This document shows, piece after piece, positions 19,887-28,761 of a DNA stretch of 36,050 bases; position 1 is the first letter of the stretch; every line of letters starts with the position of its first letter. The stretch is from an uncultured Bacilli bacterium. Its GTDB lineage: Bacteria; Bacillota_I; Bacilli_A; RF39; UBA660. The notes beneath the pieces are model-generated. The model saw nothing but the letters and a program-made list of their open reading frames with translations. It did not search any database and was not told the DNA's origin. Location: assembly GCA_944371685.1 (NCBI GenBank), contig CALVXV010000002.1:1-36050 (forward strand), in the 5' to 3' direction. The position numbers and the translations under genes are program-made.

Positions 19887-19899
19887 TTAGTTCTTTTTT
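19871..19899 (+). terminator. Rho-independent terminator after rpoC
   Basis: 9-bp stem agaactaat (19871-19879) / attagttct (19886-19894), followed by T5. Confidence 0.7.
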
Positions 19900-19907
19900 C
19901 TTAAAAT

Positions 19908-19937
19908 TTGACAAACAAAAAGAAAAAAGACTATAAT
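19908..19937 (+). promoter_or_regulatory. Near-consensus promoter for the two-gene orphan cassette
   Basis: TTGACA (19908-19913), 18 nt, TATAAT (19932-19937). Confidence 0.65.
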
Positions 19938-19970
19938 TAAAAAGAAAAAACATTCAAAGGAGGAAAAATC

Positions 19971-20273
19971 ATGGAAAGCAATCACGTCATTTTAACAATA
20001 GGGGATGAGCACTATGTCATACCAATCGTCTCATACAACCATAATCGTAGTGATGAAATAGTAAGTATGACTTTACCAGATGAAGCTAAATTAAAAACTA
20101 GTACTAACAATGTTATTATTGTAACCGGTGAATCTGATTTTATAAATGCCATATTAGAAACATCAGGAGAAAAATTTTATCAACCTGAACAAACTAAACA
20201 TGGGAAAATCATGCTTAAAAGGATAACTAAAGAAGCACCATTTAAACCATTTAGGGGAAAAGAAAATGAATAA
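19971..20273 (+). CDS. Hypothetical protein (100 aa)
   Basis: ORF with a strong RBS aaaggagga. I recognise no family. Confidence 0.55.
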   Translation: MESNHVILTIGDEHYVIPIVSYNHNRSDEIVSMTLPDEAKLKTSTNNVIIVTGESDFINAILETSGEKFYQPEQTKHGKIMLKRITKEAPFKPFRGKENE

Positions 20274-20496
20274 AGAATATTATATGGAAAAAGAAGGCCT
20301 CGTTCTTTTAAAAAAAGATGCAGGGCAAATTTGGCAATATAGTTTTAAAGCTCGCGTTTGGTATAATGTTAATGAGTTAAAAGGTATAGAAAACCATCCC
20401 GAACTCGTTACCAAAATTAGTGAAGAAGAAGCACAAAATTTTATTGAACAAGTAGAAAATATGCTTGAAAATGCCAAACCTAAAAAAATAAAATAA
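20266..20496 (+). CDS. Hypothetical protein (76 aa), overlapping the upstream gene by 8 nt
   Basis: ORF with an ATGAATAA overlap that suggests translational coupling. I recognise no family. Confidence 0.5.
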   Translation: MNKEYYMEKEGLVLLKKDAGQIWQYSFKARVWYNVNELKGIENHPELVTKISEEEAQNFIEQVENMLENAKPKKIK

Positions 20497-20524
20497 ATTA
20501 TTTTCTAAAATAGATTTTTTTACT

Positions 20525-20556
20525 AAAAAATTCTAAGTTATTATTAGAATTTTTTC
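20525..20556 (+). terminator. AT-rich terminator hairpin
   Basis: Perfect 12-bp stem aaaaaattctaa (20525-20536) / ttagaatttttt (20544-20555). Confidence 0.5.
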
Positions 20557-20565
20557 TTGGCATAA

Positions 20566-20594
20566 TTGCGAAAAATGTCTATTTAATGTATAAT
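20566..20594 (+). promoter_or_regulatory. smc promoter
   Basis: TTGCGA (20566-20571), 17 nt, TATAAT (20589-20594). Confidence 0.55.
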
Positions 20595-20620
20595 TAAAAA
20601 TAGTGTAGGGTGTGATAAAT

Positions 20621-23560
20621 ATGTATTTAAAATCATTAAAAGCCCATGGCTTTAAATCTTTTGCTGACAAAACAAATTTAGAATTCATTAATGGTATTAA
20701 TGGAATAGTTGGACCTAACGGTTCAGGAAAAAGCAACGTTGTCGATGCCATCAGATGGGTTTTAGGTGAACAATCAGTCAAATCATTAAGAGGCGATGGC
20801 ACTATGACTGATGTTATTTTTTCTGGTAGTAAATCGCGTAGTCCCATGAATATAGCCTCTGTATCATTAACCTTTGATAATCAAGATAAATACTTCCCTC
20901 TTGATTATGATGAAATCGAAATCAAAAGGCGAGTTTATAAAGATGGTACCAATGAATATTACTTAAATGGTGAAAAAATAAGATTAAAAGACTTAAACAA
21001 TCTACTTTTAGATAGTGGTATTGCCAAAGAAAGCTTTAATATTATCTCACAAGGAAAAATTGAAAGTATTATCGCCAGTAAACCAGTAGATAGAAGAATC
21101 ATCTTTGAAGAAGCCTCAGGCGTATTAAAATATAAAAGAAGAAAAGAAGAAGCCTTAAAAAAATTAGATAAAACTCATGACAACAAAAACAGAATAAATG
21201 ATATCATATCGGAATTAGAAACCAGAATAAAACCACTAGAAGAAGCTAAAAATAAAGCCTTAGAATATAATCAAGTTAAAAATAAACTAGAAAACTTAGA
21301 AATAGCCCTAATCACTGAGGACATAACTAATATAAACTTTGAATATCACACAAGTAAAAACCAAATAGATTCATTAAATGAAGAAGTCTTAAGATTAATG
21401 ACTAGTGGTAATCAAAACGAAGCTCAAATTGAAAAATTCAAAAATAGCATCTCATCATTAGATGAACAAATTAAAATTATGCAAAATAAAGTAATCGAAC
21501 TAACCGCCCTATCAGAAAGGCTAAACAGTCAAAAAAATCTAATTAAAGAAAGGCAAAATAATAAAGTTGAAGATACCAAATTACACGAAAATATCTTAAA
21601 CTTAAAAGAACGCGAATTAACAGTAACAAATAACATTTCCGCTATCAAAAACGGCATTATCCATTTAAAAGATCATCTGCACGTCCTCGAAAATAAACTA
21701 GAAAATGAAGAAAAAGCCAAAAATCAAATAAAGCTAAATAAAAACAATTTAGAATCAAAATTAACCAATTTAATTAGAGAAAAAAACAATCTCGAATTCA
21801 AAATAGAAAATTTAAAACAAAGTATAGAAAATGGTGGTGCCCTTCCACTTCCTGTTAGAAGTGTTTTAAATAATCCAAAGCTAAGAGGTATTCATAATGC
21901 TTTAGGTAACCTAATTGAAACCGATGAAAAATATTCACTAGCCATCACTACCGCCTTAGGATATAATGCCAATAATATCATCACTGACAATGAAAAATCC
22001 GCTCAAGAAGCCATCAAATATTTAAAAACTATTGGCCGGGCAACCTTTTTCCCATTAAATATAATAAAGCCTAAATATATTGACGATGACACTTTAAATA
22101 AAATTAAAAAAAGTCCAAATTATATTGATATTGCCAGCAACTTAGTCAAATATGAACCTAAATATCAAAATATCATTTTAAACCAATTAGGCAATATCAT
22201 CATAACTAAAGACCTAGATTCCGCTACATACATAAGTAGACTAATAAATAATCGTTACCGCATTGTAACCTTAGATGGTGAAATTATTCATGTCGGTGGC
22301 TCTATGACTGGCGGTAAACAAAATAAAGCCAGAAATGTCATTTCTGATAAATATGACTTAGAAAATAACCTAAAGCAAAAGGATATTTTAATAGCCAAAA
22401 TTAAAGAGATTGAAAATGAAATTAACGAAGTCGATTATAACTTAAAAGCTAAAGAAGATAAAATATATCTCTTAAATAAAGATAAAATGTTAAAAACCGA
22501 TGAAATTAATAGTCAAAACGTAAAATTAAATGAACTAAACACTAATTTAGAACAAATAACTTTTGACATCAATAGCAATAATAAACTATTAGAAGGTAGC
22601 TTATCATCCGAAGAAGAAGAAATCTTAAATAAATATTATGCATCTTTGAAAACAAAAAACGAAGCTCAAACTGAATTAGATAGTCTAATCAAAGAAAAAC
22701 AAAATTTAAATGAAACCCTAGAAGATTATGAAGCCTCATTAAAAAAAGAAAATTCATTATATACATCTAAAGCTAACGAGTTAAAAGACCTAGAAATAAA
22801 ATCCAGTAGATTAGAAGTCAAATTAGATACTCTTTTAAACACTTTAACTGACACATATAGTATGACATATGATAAAGCTAAAGAAAACTATAAACTAGAT
22901 ATATCATTTGCCGAAGCCAAAAACGAAGTAAATAAATTAAAAAGAAAAATTAAAGATCTAGGCATCGTCAACTTAACCGCTCCTGAAGAATATGAAGAAG
23001 TAAACACTAGATATACCTTCTTAAAAACACAAATAGATGATTTAAACAAAGCAGAAAATACATTACTTGAAATTATTGACGAAATGGATACTGTCATGAT
23101 CAATGAATTTCAATCGACATTCAAGATTATAAATGAAAATTTCTCTGAAACTTTTAGAGAATTGTTTAAAGGTGGTCATGCTGAACTAAAATTAACCGAT
23201 CCTAATAATCTCTTAGAAACTGGCATCGAAATTATTGCCTCACCACCGGGTAAAAAACTAAGTAGTATTACTTTATTATCAGGCGGTGAAAAAACCTTAA
23301 CGGCAATCAGTCTCTTATTTGCTATCATCAAATCTAAACCATCACCATTTTGTGTATTAGATGAAGTAGAGGCTGCTTTAGACGAAGCTAACGTTGACAC
23401 TTTCGGCAAATACGTCGAAAAATTAAAATCCAAATCACAATTTATCATTATTACTCACAAAAAGAAAACTATGGAATATGCCAATATCTTATATGGTATA
23501 ACCATGCAAGAATCAGGCGTTAGTAAACTAGTTAGTGTAAAATTAGAAGATATCGAATAA
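20621..23560 (+). CDS. smc: Chromosome segregation protein SMC (short-arm form, 979 aa)
   Basis: N-terminal head MYLKSLKAHGFKSFADK...GPNGSGKSN, a hinge around GRATFFPLN, and a C-terminal LSGGEKTLTAISLLFAI...FCVLDEVEAALD. Confidence 0.95.
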   Translation: MYLKSLKAHGFKSFADKTNLEFINGINGIVGPNGSGKSNVVDAIRWVLGEQSVKSLRGDGTMTDVIFSGSKSRSPMNIASVSLTFDNQDKYFPLDYDEIEIKRRVYKDGTNEYYLNGEKIRLKDLNNLLLDSGIAKESFNIISQGKIESIIASKPVDRRIIFEEASGVLKYKRRKEEALKKLDKTHDNKNRINDIISELETRIKPLEEAKNKALEYNQVKNKLENLEIALITEDITNINFEYHTSKNQIDSLNEEVLRLMTSGNQNEAQIEKFKNSISSLDEQIKIMQNKVIELTALSERLNSQKNLIKERQNNKVEDTKLHENILNLKERELTVTNNISAIKNGIIHLKDHLHVLENKLENEEKAKNQIKLNKNNLESKLTNLIREKNNLEFKIENLKQSIENGGALPLPVRSVLNNPKLRGIHNALGNLIETDEKYSLAITTALGYNANNIITDNEKSAQEAIKYLKTIGRATFFPLNIIKPKYIDDDTLNKIKKSPNYIDIASNLVKYEPKYQNIILNQLGNIIITKDLDSATYISRLINNRYRIVTLDGEIIHVGGSMTGGKQNKARNVISDKYDLENNLKQKDILIAKIKEIENEINEVDYNLKAKEDKIYLLNKDKMLKTDEINSQNVKLNELNTNLEQITFDINSNNKLLEGSLSSEEEEILNKYYASLKTKNEAQTELDSLIKEKQNLNETLEDYEASLKKENSLYTSKANELKDLEIKSSRLEVKLDTLLNTLTDTYSMTYDKAKENYKLDISFAEAKNEVNKLKRKIKDLGIVNLTAPEEYEEVNTRYTFLKTQIDDLNKAENTLLEIIDEMDTVMINEFQSTFKIINENFSETFRELFKGGHAELKLTDPNNLLETGIEIIASPPGKKLSSITLLSGGEKTLTAISLLFAIIKSKPSPFCVLDEVEAALDEANVDTFGKYVEKLKSKSQFIIITHKKKTMEYANILYGITMQESGVSKLVSVKLEDIE

Positions 23561-23577
23561 ATATCTTCTTTTTCTTT
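23545..23577 (+). terminator. Rho-independent terminator after smc
   Basis: 9-bp stem agaagatat (23545-23553) / atatcttct (23561-23569), followed by a T-rich tail. Confidence 0.65.
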
Positions 23578-23622
23578 AAAAATAAGCACATTTCCTGTAT
23601 AATGTATAAAAGGTGATGAAAA

Positions 23623-25215
23623 ATGTTAAAAGTTCAAAATCTATCTGTTAGATATGGTAAAAGAGTACTATTTGAAAATGTTAATCTTGAATTTAATGAA
23701 GGAAATTGTTACGGTGTTATTGGCGCTAATGGTGCTGGTAAAAGTACCTTGCTTAAAATCTTAACTGGGCAAATCGAAAGTACCACAGGTGAAGTCATCA
23801 AAAATAAAGGCGAAAGACTATCCTATTTAAAACAAGATCATAACTTGTATAATGATTATACCGTTTTAGATACTGTTATTATGGGCAATGATAGATTATA
23901 TCAGGTTATGAAAGAAAAAGATGCCCTATATATGAAAGAAAATTTTACCAATGAAGATGGTATTAAAGTAGGGGAGTTAGAAGACGAATTTGAATCACTA
24001 AATGGCTGGGAAGCAGAAAGTAATGCTTCAATCTTACTTGCTGGTTTAGGTATACCAAATGATCTTTATTATGAAAAAATGGCTAATATCAAAGATAAAG
24101 ATAAAGTTAAAGTTTTACTTGCCCAAGCCTTATTTGGAGATCCTGATATTTTACTATTAGACGAACCAACCAATGGCCTTGATATACAAAGTAAAATATG
24201 GCTAGAAAACTTCCTAGAAGATTATAAAGGTACTATCATTTTAGTATCCCACGATAGACATTTTTTAAATACCGTATGTACTCATATGGTCGATATTGAT
24301 AGAGAAAGAATTCAAATAACTATCGGTAACTATGACTTTTGGTATAAATCCAATGAACTTATGCAAAAACAGTTAAAACAAGCCAATAAAAAGAAAGAAG
24401 AAAAGATCAAAGAATTACAATCTTTCATAGCTAGATTCTCAGCCAATGCTTCCAAATCAAAACAAGCCACCTCCAGAAAAAAACTACTAGAAAAAATCAC
24501 CTTAGATGAATTAAAACCCTCAACAAGAAAATATCCTTATATTAACTTTGATTATGAAAGAAGATTAGGTAAAGAAATAATAACTCTAAGTAAAATAAAT
24601 GTTAGTCAAAATGACAAACCAATATTAAAAAATTTCACCTTAAATATTAAAAAAGATGATAAAATTGCTTTAATAGGTGAAAATGAAATCGCCAAAACCA
24701 CTTTACTACAAATTCTAGCTGGCGAAAAAACACCAGATAGTGGCGAAGTTAAAATGGGTACAACCGTTATAACTTCGTACTATCCAAAAAATCACGATAA
24801 ATATTTTAATAATGATGAAAATCTAGTCGAATGGCTAAGACAATATTCAGAAAATAAAGAAGATGCTTTTGTTAGAGGCTTTCTAGGTCGCATGCTATTT
24901 TCATCAGAAGAAGCTTTGAAAAAAGTAAATGTTCTATCAGGTGGTGAAAAAGTAAGATGCATGTTTGCTAAAATGATGCTCAACAAAGGAAATGTCTTAC
25001 TATTAGATGAACCAACTAACCATTTAGATATTGAATCAATTACCGCTTTAAATAATGGTTTAAATAAATTCGATGGGCCAATCGTTTTTGCTACCTTTGA
25101 CACTGAATTAATCAGCACTTTAGCTAATAGATTAATATTAATTAAAGATGATGGTACATATATTGATAAACAAATGACATATGACGAATATTTAGAAAAA
25201 TACGAAAAACGTTAG
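23623..25215 (+). CDS. ABC-F family ATPase (YbiT/YkpA-like, two NBDs, no TM domain)
   Basis: NBD1 has GANGAGKST and LLLDEPTNGLD. A linker follows. NBD2 has LSGGEKVR and LLLDEPTNHLD. The second Walker A reads GENEIAKTT. Confidence 0.9.
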   Translation: MLKVQNLSVRYGKRVLFENVNLEFNEGNCYGVIGANGAGKSTLLKILTGQIESTTGEVIKNKGERLSYLKQDHNLYNDYTVLDTVIMGNDRLYQVMKEKDALYMKENFTNEDGIKVGELEDEFESLNGWEAESNASILLAGLGIPNDLYYEKMANIKDKDKVKVLLAQALFGDPDILLLDEPTNGLDIQSKIWLENFLEDYKGTIILVSHDRHFLNTVCTHMVDIDRERIQITIGNYDFWYKSNELMQKQLKQANKKKEEKIKELQSFIARFSANASKSKQATSRKKLLEKITLDELKPSTRKYPYINFDYERRLGKEIITLSKINVSQNDKPILKNFTLNIKKDDKIALIGENEIAKTTLLQILAGEKTPDSGEVKMGTTVITSYYPKNHDKYFNNDENLVEWLRQYSENKEDAFVRGFLGRMLFSSEEALKKVNVLSGGEKVRCMFAKMMLNKGNVLLLDEPTNHLDIESITALNNGLNKFDGPIVFATFDTELISTLANRLILIKDDGTYIDKQMTYDEYLEKYEKR

Positions 25216-25237
25216 AAACATAAATTCTAACGTTTTT
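25205..25237. terminator. Bidirectional terminator shared by the ABC-F gene (+) and the XRE gene (-)
   Basis: 13-bp stem aaaaacgttagaa (25205-25217) / ttctaacgttttt (25225-25237), flanked by A and T runs. Confidence 0.75.
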
Positions 25238-25472
25238 ATATATCCTTACGGCTAATATCTTTGCTTTGAAACCTTTCTTTACCATCATCACTTTCAAAAT
25301 ATATTTTAAAACCACATTCATTCGCAATTTTCTCGATAATTTCAAAAGTAGGTTGAATAGTTTCTGTCTCATATTGTGAAACAGTATTTCTTGCCACTCC
25401 TGCAATTTTGCCAATTTGCCCCTGTTTATATTTTTTCTTTCTTCTCATATATCTAAGAACATTTCCTATCAT
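25236..25472 (-). CDS. XRE-family helix-turn-helix transcriptional regulator (78 aa)
   Basis: MIGNVLRYMRRKKKYKQGQIGKIAGVARNTVSQYETETIQPTFEIIEKIA matches the classical Cro/C1-type HTH. Confidence 0.85.
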   Translation of the reverse strand: MIGNVLRYMRRKKKYKQGQIGKIAGVARNTVSQYETETIQPTFEIIEKIANECGFKIYFESDDGKERFQSKDISRKDI

Positions 25473-25600
25473 AATATCACCACTTGAATTATCTCAAAAT
25501 CAGACTATTTATGCTTAATATATCTGTAATAAAGACATATAATAAAATTGTAACCATAAAATAGTCAAAAAAAAGATCGAAAGAAATGGGGAATAATAAA

Positions 25601-26538
25601 ATGAAAAAATAAAACAAATCTTAAAAAGCAGAATATTTCTATTTATCACCACAGCCATTTTATTTAGTGTAGTTGGAGTATCAGCGGCCACATATTTTCC
25701 TTCTAATAATGTAACTTATGATAATAAAACTAGTGGCTTAGAAAGTACTGATGTGCAGGGAGACATAGATGAGATTTATTTAAAAGCATTCCCAAAAGTC
25801 CCAGAAGCAGGTGACACACCAATAGATATTGTAACCTCAGGTGATGGACTTTATAAAGATGAGTATGAAGATGGAAAATATACATATAAAGATACAAATC
25901 CCAATAATTATGTAACATTTAATAATGAATATGCAGGTTGGCGAATTATATCTATTGAAGATGATACATTAAAATTAATAAAAAACGATAGTATAGGAAA
26001 AAAATATCTGGATGGAACATGGCAAGATTCAGCAGCGCAAACGTACTTAAACCAAACATATTATAATAGTTTAAATTCCACCGCTCAAAGTCAAATAATA
26101 ACCCATGATTGGAATATTGGCGAAAATGTAATCATGAATCCTATGGCACCATACGAAATACAAACAGATTTAAAAAAATTAATAGTTCAAGAAAAATTAG
26201 ACAAATGGAATGGTAAAGTAGGTCTTATTTCTATTAGCGAATATATAAGAGCAAATTCAAATTTACTTGAATGTAATACGTGGTGGTTACACGGTACTTT
26301 AAATATGAATACTTGCATATCAACTAATTGGATGTATTATTCAAAAGAAAACTGGTGGACAATGATTAACTTCAATAACAAAATAAATAGTGCCTACATA
26401 ATAGCTTCAAACGGTAATATTGGTTATAATAATGACAGTCATAAAGAGAATGCGCTTAGACCGGTAGTATATTTATCTAAAGATATCAAAATTACAGGTG
26501 GTTATGGCACACAAGACAATCCTTACAGGTTCGAATAA
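25601..26538 (+). CDS. Signal-anchored secreted protein of unknown function (DUF6273-like C-terminal pattern), interrupted after codon 3 by a poly-A frameshift. The uninterrupted ORF is 25753-26538.
   Basis: ATG at 25601 gives ATG AAA AAA TAA. One extra A would give MKKIKQILKSRIFLFITTAILFSVVGVSAATYF..., continuous with the 261-aa ORF, whose frame is open back to 25600. The C-terminus carries W-rich motifs and ...ALRPVVYL. Confidence 0.6.
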
Positions 26539-26570
26539 AAAAACGTTAGATTCCAAGTCTAACGTTTTTA
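26538..26570. terminator. Bidirectional terminator; near-duplicate of the hairpin at 25205-25237
   Basis: Stem aaaaaacgttaga (26538-26550) / tctaacgtttttt-like (26558-26569), 7-nt loop. Confidence 0.75.
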
Positions 26571-26912
26571 TACAAAAAATGTCGGCCCACTATTAGAAAC
26601 AAATTGGGCACTTTCATTAGGAATGCTATTATCGTTAATAACACTATCACTCATATTATTAGAATTGTTAATAGGTGTATCTACTTTTTTAAATTCATTC
26701 ATGACCTTAAACATTGTCTTTGCATTTCTCATCATCGGTGCCGCTTGTTTAACTAGTGGAATCGCTTGATTAACTAACCCCAAAGTTCTTTGCGCACCAT
26801 TTAAAATACTTGACCAATTAATACCTCTCCTTAAAGTACCACTAAATAAACCTCTGCCTAAGCTAGAACTAACAGTAGGCATCATATAATAATAGGGATT
26901 ATAATAATTCAT
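26568..26912 (-). CDS. Hypothetical protein, possibly VrrA/YqfQ-like
   Basis: Tyr/Pro-rich N-terminus (MNYYNPYYYMMP) and a central GAQRTLGLVNQAIPLVKQAAPMM segment reminiscent of YqfQ-like proteins. The assignment is weak. Confidence 0.4.
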   Translation of the reverse strand: MNYYNPYYYMMPTVSSSLGRGLFSGTLRRGINWSSILNGAQRTLGLVNQAIPLVKQAAPMMRNAKTMFKVMNEFKKVDTPINNSNNMSDSVINDNSIPNESAQFVSNSGPTFFV

Positions 26913-27020
26913 GACTTATGCCCCTTTCTAAAATATTATATGTTTTAAATGAAAAAAGTTTTATTTTAAAACATAATATGTTATAATAATTTTAGTGTAT
27001 GAGAATAGGAAGGTGTCAAA

Positions 27021-28751
27021 ATGAAAAAAATACTTTCACCGTTTATATATATTTATAAAGGTTTTTTAGTGATTTTAAAAGCAATTCTCTCATTTATAAA
27101 ATATGTTTTTTTAGGTATATTAGCCTTTCCAACCATGCTCGTAAAATTATTTGCTAAAGACAAAAAAAATAAAGTAACCATAAATTCTCGTAAAACAGAA
27201 AATAATTACAAAAAAACAGACGTATTATTAGCTGAGCATCAAAGAGAAAAAGAACAAAAAAAACAAAAAGAAGAAGAAGCTAGACAAAAACTGAAAGAAA
27301 ATCAAGAAAAGAAAGCCCAAAAAAGATTAAATGATTACATCCAAGATAGTTCAAAACTAGAAGATAAAACAGCCGGTGAAAAATTAGACCAATTCGGTAC
27401 AGAAGTATTAAGTTTTTCTGATAAAGTTAAAAATGCCCTTGGAATTGGAAAGATTAAAGATAAATATCAAAATGCTCCTGAAATGGCAGTCAACTATGAA
27501 GGACCAGAAGCCCAAAAAACAAAAGAGAAACAAACATATGAATATATTGTTAGAACTCCAGAAGGAAAAATAGTCAAAGGATACTTCTCAGCCTTTTCTT
27601 TAGTCGAAGTTTTCTCATATTTAAAAAGTCAGGGCAATACAGTTTATAATATCAAAACAAACAAATGGATAAACACCATGTATGGTAGTGTTGGCGGTTC
27701 GCATGATAAATTCAAAACAAAAGATCTAATCTTCTTTTTAGCCCAAGTATCTACATACTTAAAAGTTGGAATGCCCTTAGCCGACGCTATCAACATCTTA
27801 TCAAAACAATTTAAAAATAAAAAATACAAACGCATTTTATCTACATTAAACTATGATTTAACAACAGGTAAAAGTTTTAGTGAAGCTTTATCAAAACAAG
27901 AAAATGCTTTTCCAAGCATCTTAACTAATATGGTCAAAACCGCTGAAATGACAGGTGAACTGCCAGAAACATTAGATGACATGGAAGAATATTTCTCAGA
28001 AATAGAAGCAACTAGAAAAGCTATGGTTACAGCTATGCTTTATCCAGCTATAATTTTTGTTATTGCCATTGGCGTTGGAACTTTTATCATGCTATATGTT
28101 GTTCCAAAATTCGTTGAAATTTATAGCAGTATGGATAATGCCGAAATTCCAGGCATTACTCTAGCTGTTTTGGCTCTCAGTGAATTTCTTCAAAAATATA
28201 TCATATATATTGGAATAAGCGTTGTAGTCATTTTAATTCTATGTATTTATTTATATAAAAATGTTAAATCATTTAGAAGAACTATTCAGTGGGCATTAAT
28301 GCACTTACCAGTATTTGGTGATGTGATCATATATAAAGAAGTTACAACATTTTCAAAAACCTTCGCATCACTGCTATCACATAATGTCTTTATAACTGAT
28401 AGTATGGACATATTAAATAAAGTAACTAATAACGAAATATATCGTTCTTTAATATATGATGCCATTAGTAATATCTCCCAAGGTAAATCAATATCTGCCG
28501 CCTTCAAAGATCAGTGGGCTTTCCCAATTCCAGCATATGAAATGATCGTAACTGGCGAAAGAACAGGCCAACTTCCTGAAATGATGCAAAAAATTGCATT
28601 ATATTATCAAGATCTACACAAAAATTCAGTAACCCGTATTAAGACATTCGTTGAACCAGCCTTAATAATTCTATTAACCGTTATGGTTGGAATTATCGTT
28701 TTGTCAATTGTTGTACCAATGTTCTCAATGTACGGTCAAATTCAAGCATAA
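27021..28751 (+). CDS. Type IV pilus / T2SS platform protein (PilC/GspF/ComGB family) with a ~170-aa N-terminal extension
   Basis: Two T2SS-F repeats (LAQVSTYLKVGMPLADAINIL...; FASLLSHNVFITDSMDIL...) and three or more TM helices. The extra N-terminus has a hydrophobic hairpin plus a K/E-rich coiled segment. Confidence 0.85.
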   Translation: MKKILSPFIYIYKGFLVILKAILSFIKYVFLGILAFPTMLVKLFAKDKKNKVTINSRKTENNYKKTDVLLAEHQREKEQKKQKEEEARQKLKENQEKKAQKRLNDYIQDSSKLEDKTAGEKLDQFGTEVLSFSDKVKNALGIGKIKDKYQNAPEMAVNYEGPEAQKTKEKQTYEYIVRTPEGKIVKGYFSAFSLVEVFSYLKSQGNTVYNIKTNKWINTMYGSVGGSHDKFKTKDLIFFLAQVSTYLKVGMPLADAINILSKQFKNKKYKRILSTLNYDLTTGKSFSEALSKQENAFPSILTNMVKTAEMTGELPETLDDMEEYFSEIEATRKAMVTAMLYPAIIFVIAIGVGTFIMLYVVPKFVEIYSSMDNAEIPGITLAVLALSEFLQKYIIYIGISVVVILILCIYLYKNVKSFRRTIQWALMHLPVFGDVIIYKEVTTFSKTFASLLSHNVFITDSMDILNKVTNNEIYRSLIYDAISNISQGKSISAAFKDQWAFPIPAYEMIVTGERTGQLPEMMQKIALYYQDLHKNSVTRIKTFVEPALIILLTVMVGIIVLSIVVPMFSMYGQIQA

Positions 28752-28761
28752 AGGTGATGTT

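Noticed and set aside
19971-20496. Calling the overlapping 100-aa/76-aa pair a toxin-antitoxin system
   Set aside because: Only size and overlap fit. No toxin or antitoxin fold motif (no HTH, RHH, PIN, RelE-like or similar) is recognisable in either protein.
26939-26975. 11-bp inverted repeat TATGTTTTAAA-N15-TTTAAAACATA in the divergent yqfQ-like/pilC-like promoter region, considered as an operator
   Set aside because: It is made almost entirely of A/T in a ~20% GC intergenic region, so a chance palindrome is plausible. No partner regulator is evident. I kept it only as a note.
28687-28761. Upstream extension of the prepilin peptidase ORF (MELSFCQ...)
   Set aside because: It overlaps the 3' end of the pilC-like gene in another frame. 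The ATG at 28762 has an RBS and yields the canonical peptidase N-terminus.
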